Below, piece by piece: positions 13,927 to 26,344 of a stretch of 64,000 bases of DNA. Positions within the stretch are counted from its first letter, which is position 1, and each line of letters opens with the position of its first letter. Below the pieces are notes generated by a model that saw nothing but the letters and a program-made list of their open reading frames with translations, did not search any database and was not told the origin of the DNA. This DNA comes from Macrostomum lignano (lineage: Eukaryota), in contig NIVC01000037.1 of NCBI GenBank assembly GCA_002269645.1, positions 62,001 to 126,000 of the forward strand. Reading direction: 5' to 3'. A program made the position numbers and the translations under genes.

Positions 13927-14762
13927 TGGAGAGGGTAGCAGTGGCAGCTGATGAAGGGCCGGAGAGGGTAGCAGTGGCAGCTGATGAAGGGCCGGAGAGG
14001 GTAGCAGTGGCAGCTGATGAAGGACCGGAGAGGGTAGCAGTGGCAGCTGATGAAGGGCTGGAGAGGGTAGCAGTGGCAGCTGATGAAGGGCCGGAGAGGG
14101 TAGCAGTGGCAGCTGATGAAGGACCGGAGAGGGTAGCAGTGGCAGCTGATGAAGGGCCGGAGAGGGTAGCAGTGGCAGCTGATGAAGGGCCGGAGAGGGT
14201 AGCAGTGGCAGCTGATGAAGGACCGGAGAGGGTAGCAGTGGCAGCTGATGAAGGACCGGAGAGGGTAGCAGTGGCAGCTGATGAAGGACCGGAGAGGGTA
14301 GCAGTGGCAGCTGATGAAGGGCCGGAGAGGGTAGCAGTGGCAGCTGATGAAGGGCTGGAGAGGGTAGCAGTGGCAGCTGATGAAGGGCCGGAGAGGGTAG
14401 CAGTGGCAGCTGATGAAGGGCCGGAGAGGGTAGCAGTGGCAGCTGATGAAGGGCCGGAGAGGGTAGCAGTGGCAGCTGATGAAGGACCGGAGAGGGTAGC
14501 AGTGGCAGCTGATGAAGGACCGGAGAGGGTAGCAGTGGCAGCTGATGAAGGACCGGAGAGGGTAGCAGTGGCAGCTGATGAAGGGCCGGAGAGGGTAGCA
14601 GTGGCAGCTGATGAAGGGCTGGAGAGGGTAGCAGTGGCAGCTGATGAAGGGCCGGAGAGGGTAGCAGTGGCAGCTGATGAAGGACCGGAGAGGGTAGCAG
14701 TGGCAGCTGATGAAGGGCCGGAGAGGGTAGCAGTGGCAGCTGATGAAGGACCGGAGAGGGTA
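13927..14762. repeat. 33-bp minisatellite (gagagggtagcagtggcagctgatgaagggccg)n, about 25 copies
   Basis: Direct periodicity with very high identity between units. Confidence 0.97.
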
Positions 14763-15340
14763 AGCAGCGGGAAAAATGCTGGGGGTCTTAGAATCGGCAG
14801 AGACGAGGAGTTACGACGCTCCGAGATGAAAAAGTCCGGTGACTAGCGAGGCCGGCCCAGCGTCAGTATATTTTCTGATTAGCTTAAGTTCTCAGTCCGT
14901 GCTCATTAGGAAGGGATTAACTGACACGACTCAAAAATGTAGCTAGAGAAAAGCCTTGCTTTAATCTCAACTCCTACGCTTAAAGTGACTCCTATCCCAG
15001 TTGTTTAACAAGAGATGTCAGCTGCATCATTGATGAGTTACAGCTGCACAATTAGATTAGCGGCTTCCTCGGCAACTATTTTGAAAGAGCAATTGATAAT
15101 TAAGAGAGGCGTCGCATGAGCACAGCTCAATTTGCTATATAGATAATCGAAGCCAGGAATCTGTGACCCGATTGCCACGCAAAAACTCAAGTTGACAGGC
15201 TCAAGCAAAGCCAGCACCTCGTTGCCAGGCAGAACTCAAGCTTCACTATTCAAGCGTATGCGAGCATGCATAGCATGGCCCGGACTCCCGATGGACTGCG
15301 CGCTATCGATTCTGACTGGACGCGATCGACGAACTGAATC

Positions 15341-16419
15341 GAGAGAGGGGGAGAGAGGGAGGGAGAGAGGGAGGGAGGAGAGAGAGGGAGAGAGAGAGGA
15401 GAGGGAGGAGAGAGAGAGGAGAGAGGAGAGAGAGAGGAGAGAGAGGGAGAGAGGAGAGAGAGAGGGGGAGGTAAAGAGAGAGAGGAGAGAGAGGAGAGAG
15501 AGGAGAGAGAGGAGAGAGAGAGAAGAGAGAGAGAGGAAGAGAGAGAGAGAGGGAGGTAAAGAGAGAGAGGAGAGAGAGGGAGAGAGAGGAGAGAGGGAGA
15601 GAGAGAGGTAAAGAGAGAGAGGAGAGAGAGGGAGAGAGAGGAGAGAGGGAGAGAGAGGTAATGAGTGAGAGGAGAGAGAGGGAGAGAGGAGAGAGAGGAG
15701 AGAGAGGGAGAGAGAGAGGGAGAGAGAGAGGTAAAGAGAGAGAGGAGAGAGAGGAGAGAGAGGGAGAGAGAGAGAGGGAGAGAGAGAGGTAAAGAGAGAG
15801 AGGAGAGAGAGGGAGAGAGGAGAGAGAGAGGGGGAGGTAAAGAGAGAGAGGAGAGAGAGGAGAGAGAGGAGAGAGAGAGAGAGAGAGGAGAGAGAGGAGA
15901 GAGAGAGGAGAGAGAGGGAGAGAAAGAGGAGAGGGAGGAGAGAGAGAGGAGAGAGGAGAGAGGAGAGAGAGAGGAGAGAGAGGAGAGAGAGAGAGGAGAG
16001 AGAGAGAGGAGAGAGAGGAGAGGGAGAGGAGAGAGAGAAGAGAGAAAGGCAAAGAGAGAGAGGAGAGAGAGGGAGAGAGGAGAGAGAGGGGGGGAGGTAA
16101 AGAGAGAGAGGAGAGAGAGGGAGAGAGAGGAGAGAGGGAGAGAGAGAGGTAAAGAGAGAGAGGAGAGAGAGGGAGAGAGAGGAGAGAGGGAGAGAGAGGT
16201 AATGAGTGAGAGGAGAGAGAGGGAGAGAGGAGAGAGAGGAGAGAGAGGGAGAGAGAGAGGGAGAGAGAGAGGGGTAAAGAGAGAGAGGAGAGAGGAGAGA
16301 GAGAGGGAGAGAGAGAGGTAAAGAGTGAGAGGAGAGAGAGGAGAGAGAGAGAGGGAGAGAGAGAGGTAAAGAGTGAGAGGAGAGAGAGGAGAGAGATGAG
16401 AGAGAGGAGAGAGAGAGTA
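15341..16419. repeat. GA-rich purine low-complexity tract
   Basis: Almost pure A/G on the + strand, with recurring ggtaaagag units. Confidence 0.97.
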
Positions 16420-16744
16420 GAGGTCACGGGCCCCACGGCGTATTGAGTTCTAAAATTATTGACTATAGGATCCGTTTATAATATGCAACTACATGCATAG
16501 TAACTAAGAGAGTTGTTAGTGAAGGGAAAGACGGGGGAATTTACATGTACAAGGCATGGAGAAACACAGGTCGGAGTGCTAAGCTGTGACAGGAGAGAGA
16601 GAGCTTAAGAAAAATGTTCTTCTCGCATGGGCGAGTACAGCTAGGAGGGCTAAACTAGTATAAAAATATCAAAGATGCGTGGATTGGTGGATTGTCTTAG
16701 ACTCATGTGTTCCAATCCAAAAATTGGGCACTCATACGAACGTG

Positions 16745-16941
16745 TCTCGAAGAAGGGGCGGAGTGCTCAGCTTCGATAGCGGTGAACGCCCACGACAGCC
16801 CCTGGTTCGATTCGGTGCGCAAACACATGCATTTGGGGCTTGGAGTTGTGCGATTCACAGCCATGAGGGCCAACCCCGCCCCCCCCCAAAGCCACAGAGA
16901 GTCTGTCTGTCTCTCTGTCTGACTGTCTGTCTGTCTGCCTC

Positions 16942-16984
<43 letters not shown>

Positions 16985-16989
16985 GCCTC

Positions 16990-17050
<61 letters not shown>

Positions 17051-17300
17051 GTCTGTCTGTCTGTCTGTCTGTCTGTACACCCTGTGTGAGCGTGTGTATG
17101 AGTGCCTGAGTACAGTATTGGCAGTGTGCTTGTGCAGTGTGCTCAAGAGTCGCCGAAATTTGCAGAATTGCCGCCAACGCTGGTTGTGGGACGATGCCGC
17201 CGAAGGCGTTGCGCCAGGGTGCCCGCAGTCCCCTGCCAATGCTAATTCTTTATTTAACACAGGGCTTGACATTGGCGCCTGTGTATCGAGCGCAAATTGA
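16745..17300 (+). mobile_element. tRNA-derived SINE-family copy with an internal (TCTG)n tract at about 16902-17075
   Basis: B-box-like ggttcgattc near 16805, core gcgattcacagccatgagggccaacccc, and tail ctgtacaccctgtgtgagcgtgtgtatgagtgcctg shared with other copies. Confidence 0.6.
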
Positions 17301-17905
17301 AGGACAGGGCTTGCGCACTTGTGAGCGCTCTTAAACATGGCTAACAAAGTGCATCGGGCGCACTTAGGCCAAACTCCGAACGCCCAAAGCAAATAAAGTA
17401 CAGCGTGCAGGAAAAAAGGATTTTGAATATTAGCGGGTCAAAGATTCAATACCTGCTAGAGAACAATCAGTGTTTATTTGCGCCCAGCTAACAAGTAAAA
17501 TTGCTGGAAAATTACATAGAAGATTGCTCGAGAACAAAGAATGCAAAAGACAGTGGCTAGGGGAAAGCATAGCATATTCAAGGTATCGAGGAAGCGCATA
17601 GCATAACGATAAGCGATACGCCCGAATGGCCAGCCCAAGGCTTTCAACCCATAGAGTATAGTATTATAATATCAGATTATTTTATAATTGATGCTACATT
17701 AGGCATTCAGGTCAAACGGCCTACCCCGAGCGTTGGGCTGTATAGGCGAGAGGTGAAAGCAAAAAAAGAGGATCAAACAACCAAATGATTACAGGTAGGA
17801 GCGGTAGCGGATTATGTGCATGGATCTGTGTATGCTTGTTTATGCATTTTTACACTACTGATGCTTATTGCGCACAGCGAAATGGGTGCTTTATATTAGT
17901 ACCAA

Positions 17906-18318
17906 CCCCTGTGCCACTTTGAGGTTGGTGATTTATACCTGTGCCACTTTGGGGTTGGTGATTTATACCTGTGCCACTTTGGGGTTGGTGATGTTTTATA
18001 CCTGTGCCACTTTGGGGGTGATGCTTTATACCTGTGCCACTTTGGGGGTGATGCTTTATACCTGTGCCACTTTGGGGGGTGATGTTTTTTACCTGTGCCA
18101 CTTTGGGGGTGATGTTTTATACCTGTGCCACTTTGGGGGTGATGCTTTATACCTGTGCCACTTTGGGGGTGATGCTTTATACCTGTGCCACTTTGGGGGG
18201 TGATGTTTTTTACCTGTGCCACTTTGGGGGTGATGTTTTATACCTGTGCCACTTTGGGGGTGATGCTTTATACCTGTGCCACTTTGGGGGGTGATGCTTT
18301 ACACATACCTGTGCCACT
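17906..18318. repeat. ~30-bp minisatellite (tacctgtgccactttgggggtgatgcttta)n
   Basis: Direct periodicity. Confidence 0.95.
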
Positions 18319-18664
18319 TGCCGAATGTGTGCTAGGCCACTAATTAGGTGTAATTATTGCATAGTAAATCAAAGGAAATAGAATTATGAAACTAAATAGG
18401 AAAGCGCCCAGCAGTGAAGGACAGTTAATTAGTAAGCTAACAGTTTGCCGGCCCAACAGCTGACTCGTGCTTTAATTGTAAAAACTAGCCCCCCCCCCTC
18501 AGCTAGGAACAGTGATAGTCAATTACAAAGACTTCCCGATACTGTAAGTAAATATGGATATGAATATTCGGCCCGACTATATGTGGCAATTACAATTGGG
18601 AGTCCAAGTCATTAATCAAGATAGTAATTATAATATTAGTAGTACATAATATTAATCAAAATTA

Positions 18665-21600
18665 TTAAGCTTCGGGCTCAGTCTCGTCCAAACTGCTCCG
18701 GCTAGTCTGATGATGCAACGGCGAGGGCAGCCGCTTTTCTCGCCTCTCCGTGCCCGGGTCATCGCCGCCTGTTGGCCTGGCCACCTCGCCAGCTTCGGCT
18801 TGCTGTTCGCAGATCTGCTGGGCGCGCTGTACAACCGACTGTACGAATTGGTCCACCTGGGCCGGGTCCACGTCAGCCTGGCGGTCGGCTGAGTCTTCGG
18901 TTGGAGCGGCCGCTTTCTCGTCTGGCATGTCGTCTGTTTGCGGCTGCTGCTCTTGCTGCTCCTGCGGCTGCTGCTGCTCCTGCGACTGCTGCTGCTCCTG
19001 CGGCTGCTGCTGCTCCTGCTAGAAAATAAAGCAGACACTATCTGCATCTTGAGTATATACGTTGCACTATCCAATAAGAGATGCCTCACTCTCAATCTGT
19101 GAGGAGCGGCCGGGAGGAGGGGGGGGGGCTAAGCCAAGGAGTCCTAGAGCGAGGATCTGGAGTGCCAGAATTCAGATCTCCTTAAAACCGTTTAACCCCG
19201 AAGGCCATATAAACAATCGAGCTCATGACTGCGGATCAGGTGACAAAGTGAATTAGAAGGAATAGATATAGGAGAAAAACAGAGATGAGGGGAGAGCTGA
19301 GAAGAGACACAAAACCTTGAGCTGGCCGGATTGCTATTGTGCAGTTCCAAAGGACCCCGAGAGCCAGATAGAGAGGCCTCGCGGGCCGGAGTTCGCCGAC
19401 CCCTGCCCTAAACCCCCATCTTTATACCGATTATACACGATAAGGCTGATTTTGTGATTTTCTACACATCAATCTCCATGGCTAAACTCCAAGTCATTGC
19501 CTACAAAAGTCCGTTGAAATTAAAAATATAAATTTTCCAGGCTGGCTACTGACAGTAGGTTATCTAGGAAGTGCGTTGGCAGCAAACCCACCTGAGCGAG
19601 AGGTTCAGCCGGCTCAAGTACAATCAAGGGCACAGAGTCTGGAGTCGGTTCCGGTTCACCTTGGCTGCGACCGCTAGCTTCTTCTGGGCTCATCTGAGTC
19701 TGGAGGTTGAGAGTTCGGGTGATAATTATCTAGCGGTTTTCCAGTGTTCTAACTGCCACTAGCTCTTCCTGTACTTTAACGACCTGCCACTAGCTCTTCC
19801 TGTACTTTAGCGGCCTGTCACTAGCTCCTCCTGTACTTTAGCAGTCTGCCAATAGCTCCTCCTGTACTTTAGCGACCTGCCACTAGCTCTTCCTGTACTT
19901 TAGCGGCCTGCCAATAGCTCCTCCTGTACTTTAGCGGCCTGCCAATAGCTCCTCCTGTACTTTAGCGGCCTGCCACTAGCTCTTCCTGTACTTTAGCGAC
20001 CTGCCACTAGCTCTTCCTGTACTTTAGCGGCCTGCCACTAGCTCTTCCTGTACTTTAGCGACCTGCCACTAGCTCCTCCTGTACTTTAGCGGTCTGCCAC
20101 TAGCTCCTCCTATACTTTAGCGGCCTGCCACTGGCTTCTCCTGTACTTTAGCGGCCTGTCACTAGTTCCTGTTTATTTCAAACACCACATTCAGCTGAGG
20201 ACCATTAACTTACCTGATTGCTATTGCTGGCTTGTTCTTGGTCATCTGAGAATGTCACGAGAAACTCGGTGGCTGCATTGTCTGCAGACTCCTGCGGTTC
20301 CTATAGGGGATAACAAGAATAGGGTTGCAATGGTGTGAATTAATGACTCGTGAAAGGAAACGGATCTGCGAGCGATTTACGAGAAGTGACTCATAAAATA
20401 AGTGATCCCTAAAAATTCAGGAGAGTGAGTGACTTATTATCTGCGAGTTAGTTGATTCCTGAAACTAGCTCTTCCCATCTCAGAGCGATGCGATATTGCA
20501 TACAAATCTGGAAGTAAGTGAAACATTGACCGTGTTGACTTTAAACTTTAAACTAACCTGCGGCTGTTTATCAGGCCCGGACTCTTCCACAGTCTGCTCA
20601 ACGTCAAATGTAGCGCCAGCTTGCTGAGGCTCGGTCTCCGCCGCTGCCGCTGCGTCCTCCGCTCCCTGCGTTATAGTCGGTTATGGTTTTGTAAAACTGA
20701 TTCATCATTGACAAGGCAATACTACTCTTCCCCATCACTCAGCTCAGTCTCTAATACTCCTCTCCAGTCTCCGACTCTCCATCACTCAGCTCAGTCTCTA
20801 ATACCCCTCTCCAGTCTCCGACTCTCCATCACTCAGCTCAGTCTAATACTCCTCTCCAGTCTCCGACTCTCCATCACTCAGTCTCAGCTCAGTCTCTAAT
20901 ACTGCTATCCAGTCTCCGACTCTCATACTCTTCCCAATCACTCAGCTCAGTCAATAGAAGCGGACTCTCGACGAACCAAACGACGAGATCAAGATGTCAC
21001 GGCACAAGTCCCAAAAAAGTCGTTAAAGAGTCGTCTAAGAGTCAATTTAAGGCGTTCCATTGTCTCAAACGACTCTGGGGCGCTTTTATGACTCTGGGGC
21101 CGTGGAGTCGTATCTGAGGCGTGCCAGAGTCGCCAAAGAATCACTGAGTTGCGTTTAAAGCGCATCTGTGTCATTTTATGAATTAGAATCGCATTTCGCG
21201 TTTATAACAACACTATTTAGACTACTTGAGTTAGTAGAAAGTTGAGCGCTAACACAATGACTTAGACGACTCTTTTCCGATTCTACAAGAAACTTGATGC
21301 GCTCGTGACTAAACAGTCACCTTGCTGTCGCATTGCAGTCGCTTGAGTCGTTAAAAAGTCACAAGAGTCTTGTAAGAGTGGCTAGAGTCACTGGTGAGTT
21401 GTTTGCAATGACTCTTTAGGCGATTCTTGTCACGGTAACAATTTCAACGGGCCTCCCAATGGCCCCACTACAAATGGGCCAGGGTGCCACGAGGCTCACC
21501 GGCTCCGGCGCAGTGCGCCTCAGGTGCTCCTCAATCTCGGCCAGAGCCAGGCTGTTATTGAACTGGCTGACATCGCTGCGCACCCGGCTCTGCTTGTCCG

Positions 21601-23768
21601 TCAGGTCCTCCTCTAGACGGGCGAGTCGCTGCTCAAACGCCTCCAACGATTCGTCGCCTTCTCCAGCTGGCTCCGAGCTGTCAGCGTTGGCGTTCTTGTC
21701 AGCGTTGGCGTCCTCTCCGTCGCTGAAGTCTATGCCTTCGCCAGCCTCATCGCCAATGGCATCGTCAAGTGGAGCTTGAGGCTGCTGCGGCTGCGGTTCC
21801 TTGACAGCCTCAGTGGCGGCTTCTTCGTCTGGACGGTCGGCCATGGCTTCGAGCAGGTCTTGTCGATTTTCGAACACCGTCTCCACCTCGCCGCCGAGGC
21901 TACTCTGCGAAGTTTCAACTGTAGGTTGGGGCTCGAATCTGGACCCAGACGGCGGGGCAGCCGATTCCGTGTTCTCGGCAACGGCCTCGCTGATTAGCTC
22001 TTCTGTGCTGGCCTCTGCCGGGTTCTCCTGCCGCGGCGACTGAACTGGAACAGGCGCTGGTGCAGCAGCGGCGGTGGCGGCCGGCGCAGAGATGTCCGGC
22101 TGGAATTCTTCGTAGCGAGACAGCGGAGCCAGGAATACAATGCGACCGGCTTCGTGAATCTCGATGAACGGCCGGGCGGTGAGACCTTTTTCCTAGTTTA
22201 AATATTGCGGGCGAATATGATAGCCTTGCCGATATATAATATGGTCATTTAGACAGACCAAATTGGTACTTTAATACGCTTTCAGTACCTGCTGTTGTCA
22301 TGCGCTGCTACCTGCCCCCCCCCCCCCGAGTCCTTCAGTCAGCGCTGCTACCTGCCCCCCCCCCGAGTCCTTCAGTCAGCGCTGCTACCTGCCCCCCCCC
22401 GAGTCCTTCAGTCAGCGCTGCTACCTGCCCCCCTCCCCCAGAGTCCTTCAGTCAGCGCTGCTACCTGCACCCCCCCCCGAGTCCTTCAGTCAGCGCTGCT
22501 ACCTGCCCCCCCCCCCGAGTCCTTCAGTCAGCGCTGCTACCTGCCCCCCCCCAAGGTCCTTCAGTCAGCGCTGCTACCTGCCCCCCCCCTCTGCCCCCCC
22601 CCCCCAAGGTCCTTCAGTCAGCGCTGCTACCTGCACCCCCCACCCCAGAGTTCTTCAGTCAGCGCTGCTACCTGCCCCCCCTTAAGGTCCTTCAGTCAGC
22701 GCTGCTACCTGCCCCCCCCGAGTCCTTCAGTCAGCGCTGCTACCTCCCCCCCCCGAGTCCTTCAGTCAGCGCTGCTACCTCTGCCCCCCCCCCCCGAGTC
22801 CTTCAGTCAGCGCTGTTACCTGCCCCCCGAGTCCTTCAGTCAGCGCTGCTACCTGCCCCCCTCCAGAGTCCTTCAGTCAGCGCTGCTACCTGCCCCCCCT
22901 TAAGGTCCTTCAGTCAGCGCTGCTACCTGCCCCCCCCCCGAGTCCTTCAGTCAGCGCTGCTACCTCCCCCCCCGAGTCCTTCAGTCAGCGCTGCTACCTG
23001 CCCCCCCCCCCCGAGTCCTTCAGTCAGCGCTGCTACCTGCCCCCCGAGTCCTTCAGTCAGCGCTGCTACCTGCCCCCCCCCAAGGTCCTTCAGTCAGCGC
23101 TGCTACCTGCCCCCCCCAAGGTCCTTCAGTCAGCGCTGCTACCTGCCCCCCCAAGGTCCTTCAGTCAGCGCTGCTACCTGCCCCCCCCAAGGTCCTTCAG
23201 TCAGCGCTACTACCTGCCCCCCCCCCCAAGGTCCTTCAGTCAGCGCTGCTACCTGCCCACTAGACTATAGATGCTGACCATAACTAAAAGAAAACGAACT
23301 CACAAGGAGATAGTCTCGCATGGCGGGATACACTCGCCAAACCGATATATAGATGGACACCTTGTTAATCATAGGAAAGGTGCAATAGACAACATTGTCA
23401 GCTTTAGGCAGAGACTTGCGGACATAGCCGGCCGACTCCAGTCGCTGAACAGTGTCAGAATCGGCAGCTGGATCAGGCACAATGGCGCCAATGGCCGAGC
23501 GGCAATTTTCGGACACAGTGTACTTTGGATCGTCCAGATAGATGCCAATGAGCTGGCTGTTGGGTGCCAGTTGTTGCGTCTCGCGAAATAGGTCGCCAAC
23601 ATTGGAGTAGGGCCCGATGTGGCTTTTGTAGAACACTAGCAGTTCGTCGTATGGAGATCTGCGCGCTTCCACGGTAATATCTGCCAGTAGGCCAGAATAC
23701 ACTAGCAAGCCTACCAGCAGGGCTATAGCGATGAATAGCACGACCGATAGAAAAAATGTTAGGTCCAT
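18665..23768 (-). CDS. TEX264: TEX264 homologue, 4 exons: 23768-23304, 22192-21500, 20665-20558, 19018-18665 (about 539 aa)
   Basis: N-terminal TM helix, then YSGLLA..V..., FYKSHIGPY, GIYLDDP, CRSAIGAIV, RVYPAMRDYLL|EKGLTARPFIEIH..IVFLAPL; this aligns by eye with the human TEX264 GyrI-like domain. All introns are GT-AG, phase 0, and the joined frame is open. Confidence 0.88.
19752..20165. repeat. 31-bp minisatellite (actttagcggcctgccactagctcttcctgt)n in TEX264 intron 3
   Basis: Direct periodicity. Confidence 0.93.
20728..20952. repeat. ~47-bp tandem repeat, about 4 copies, in TEX264 intron 2
   Basis: ctccagtctccgactctccatcactcagctcagtctctaatact repeated. Confidence 0.85.
22300..23258. repeat. 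~34-bp minisatellite (gagtccttcagtcagcgctgctacctg + variable C run) filling TEX264 intron 1
   Basis: Direct periodicity. Confidence 0.95.
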
Positions 23769-24831
23769 ATCGACGCTTCTGGCGGAAAGAAAATGACGAT
23801 ACCTTACGTCACGATAGCAGAAAATAATAAACTATGAAGCTTCAGTGCTACAAACGTAAATACATTATTTTTAAAAAAAGCTGGTGTCTCGTCTCTTACC
23901 AGCGCTGTGCGTTGTTAGACGATTCAGCTCACTTGGCTCCTCTGGTTTAGTATGCAACTGCGCTGTGTATCTGCGACGCGCTGCAACCTTGTGCACTGTG
24001 TGCGCTAGTCTTCTTCTTGACTTGTGTTGTCGCAAGTGCAGCGTTGTGCGTGCGTACGTCAGTATCAGATTTTACTCCTGCCCTCTCGCTTGGCCTTCTA
24101 GCTTCGTTTTGCGCTTGCTTCCCGCTGCGCTGCGCTTGGCCTCCAAGTTAAGGCTGTGTGTGGGTTTGGGCTTAGATAGTGGAAGGGGTTAAGTTTTATC
24201 TTTACGAGCGAAAGGAGAGGCGTCTGGGCCTGGGGGAAGGGGCAAGCCAGCCAACCAGCGGCCACCCCCATCTACCGACGCTTGGTCTGTCTATTTTTAG
24301 AAACAGCCAGTGTACAAGACTTCAAGCGCCAGAGATTTTAAGTACACGCGTCTAATTGTACATCTTTATTCATTGCACATTGCACCCCCTGCCTCCGTCT
24401 CATCCCGCAAATGCAATTTTTGTATTGGAGGAGTTTTATCGAAGGATTGAACAGTCAGACGTGTGTATTTTGTGTGTATGTGGGTACAGATGCAGACAGA
24501 CAACCGACTATTGAGCGTAGCATACGCATAGACAGACAAGACAGTCATACGGCATGCAACAAATTATTAATTTAGACTAATGTATGCACGTAGTATTTTT
24601 ACAGCAAAAAACCATTTAAATTTTTTAACCAATAAACTTATTGAAGTGGAGTTACGTCACTGACCTCAATTTAGTAGAAGGCTGGAAGCTCCTTTACTCT
24701 AAATATATACAATACATGTAGTAAAACTTGCTGAGACAACAAGGCCAACCAGTCAGTCGGTGGCTGAGTTGAAATAAAGCTAAAGTTATAATAGAACATA
24801 GTTCCATAAACTTATTTCGGGCTAAAAAATG

Positions 24832-25697
24832 CAGTGTTGGGCACTTCCGTTACCGAGTAACTTGCAAATGGTAACGCAAGTTACTTTTTCGTAAAGCGTT
24901 CCTTACGCAAGTTACTTTTTTATTTTAGTAACGGAGTAACGGTAAGTTACTCAAATTTCAGAAGTCCGTTACAGTTACTTTGCAACAATCGCAATATTTA
25001 AATTTAAAACTGAAATGCTTAGCTATTACGCCGGTTGTCACATTTTTTTTGCATTTTTCATTCCTAATTCAAAATTAAGTGAATAGTATCATTTGGTATT
25101 GCGCTTTAATTAATGAAGAAATACTTAAAACATGTTTTGCTTAGTTATAATTTCAGTAAAATATTTTCGCCTTTCATTTTATTTTTCAATTTTTATTTCT
25201 CATTTTCAATTTACTAAAAATTTTCAAGTTTGATTCAAACAAACAACCAAAGAAAGAAATTCGTCTGTAGCCTCCACAAGTCCCTCCACTGGCACTGCAG
25301 TACACTACACCATTTTATACAGTTATTTATTTTACTCTATTGAATTATTGATATTCGTTTATTTTATCATTTATAATTTTAATTATTGATTGCCATTGCC
25401 CATCGGTCCTTCTACTTGCCTCACATCGTGTCGCCAATTGCTGTCTCTGTCTGTTAATCGGTTAATCCCAATGCCCAATGGCAAATTTCGGTAACAACAA
25501 TGTAAAAAAATGCAATGTGAAAAAAGCAGAAAATTTTGTTAATAACATGGGTAACGGAAGTGAGTAACGGACAGTAACTTAAAAGTTACCGGGTTTTTGT
25601 CTAAAGTTACTAGGCTAACGTAAGTTACTTTTTAAAAATTGGTAACTTAAGTTACAGTAACGCAAGTTACTTTTTTTGAGTAACTTGCCCAACACTG
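24832..25697. mobile_element. Non-autonomous hAT-type DNA transposon (MITE), 866 bp
   Basis: 12-bp TIR cagtgttgggca, 8-bp TSD aaaaaatg (24824-24831 and 25698-25705), many subterminal gtaac/gttac motifs, AT-rich non-coding core. Confidence 0.88.
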
Positions 25698-26344
25698 AAA
25701 AAATGCATATACATGTAAATGTACAATCATGCAAATTGCCACGAACAAAAATCGGCTGAGACAGCCGCTTCGCCTTCCTCCGCCTTAGCTATGCAAATGA
25801 ACACTAATAGGCTCGAAAAATATTGTTAATTTTTGCGAACTTCGTTTTGTACTTTTTGAGCAGTGGAAAAAAGTAGTTTTAAGTGAGACCGTCCCGTCGT
25901 CTAGTTTATTCCCTACCCAAATGCGTGTATTACTAAATTGGACGACAAATTTGGGATCAGAAATTAGGCATTTGAGATCCGATGACTCCGATGAGAAGGA
26001 CAGGGGAGTGTAATCGAAAATAGAACACCCCAATGCTGCATGACTGCACATGAGGCAGGCAGGAAAGGCTCGTTTTATGACGGATAGCTTTTAGTTTGCA
26101 AGGACGCTGCTCTTGCTGCAACAACACACGGCGAAAATCCCCAGACAGATGTAAAATTTCCCCTCTGGTTGGGGGGGGGAGAGTTCGAATCAAGTAAAAC
26201 AAAATATATTATTTATTATCCGTCACTGCACTTTTATGCCGTTACTTAATTATAGAGCACATGAATAACAGTGTAGCAATAGTACTGCCATAATGCTGAT
26301 ACATGCTTAGACACATCTGGGAATATTAAAGCGTCACTGATCCC

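Noticed and set aside
13884-14846. 320-aa ORF of (ERVAVAADEGP)n, a possible repetitive structural protein
   Set aside because: Starts at TTG, has no convincing splice context, and a 33-bp period keeps frames open trivially. RNA-seq could overturn this.
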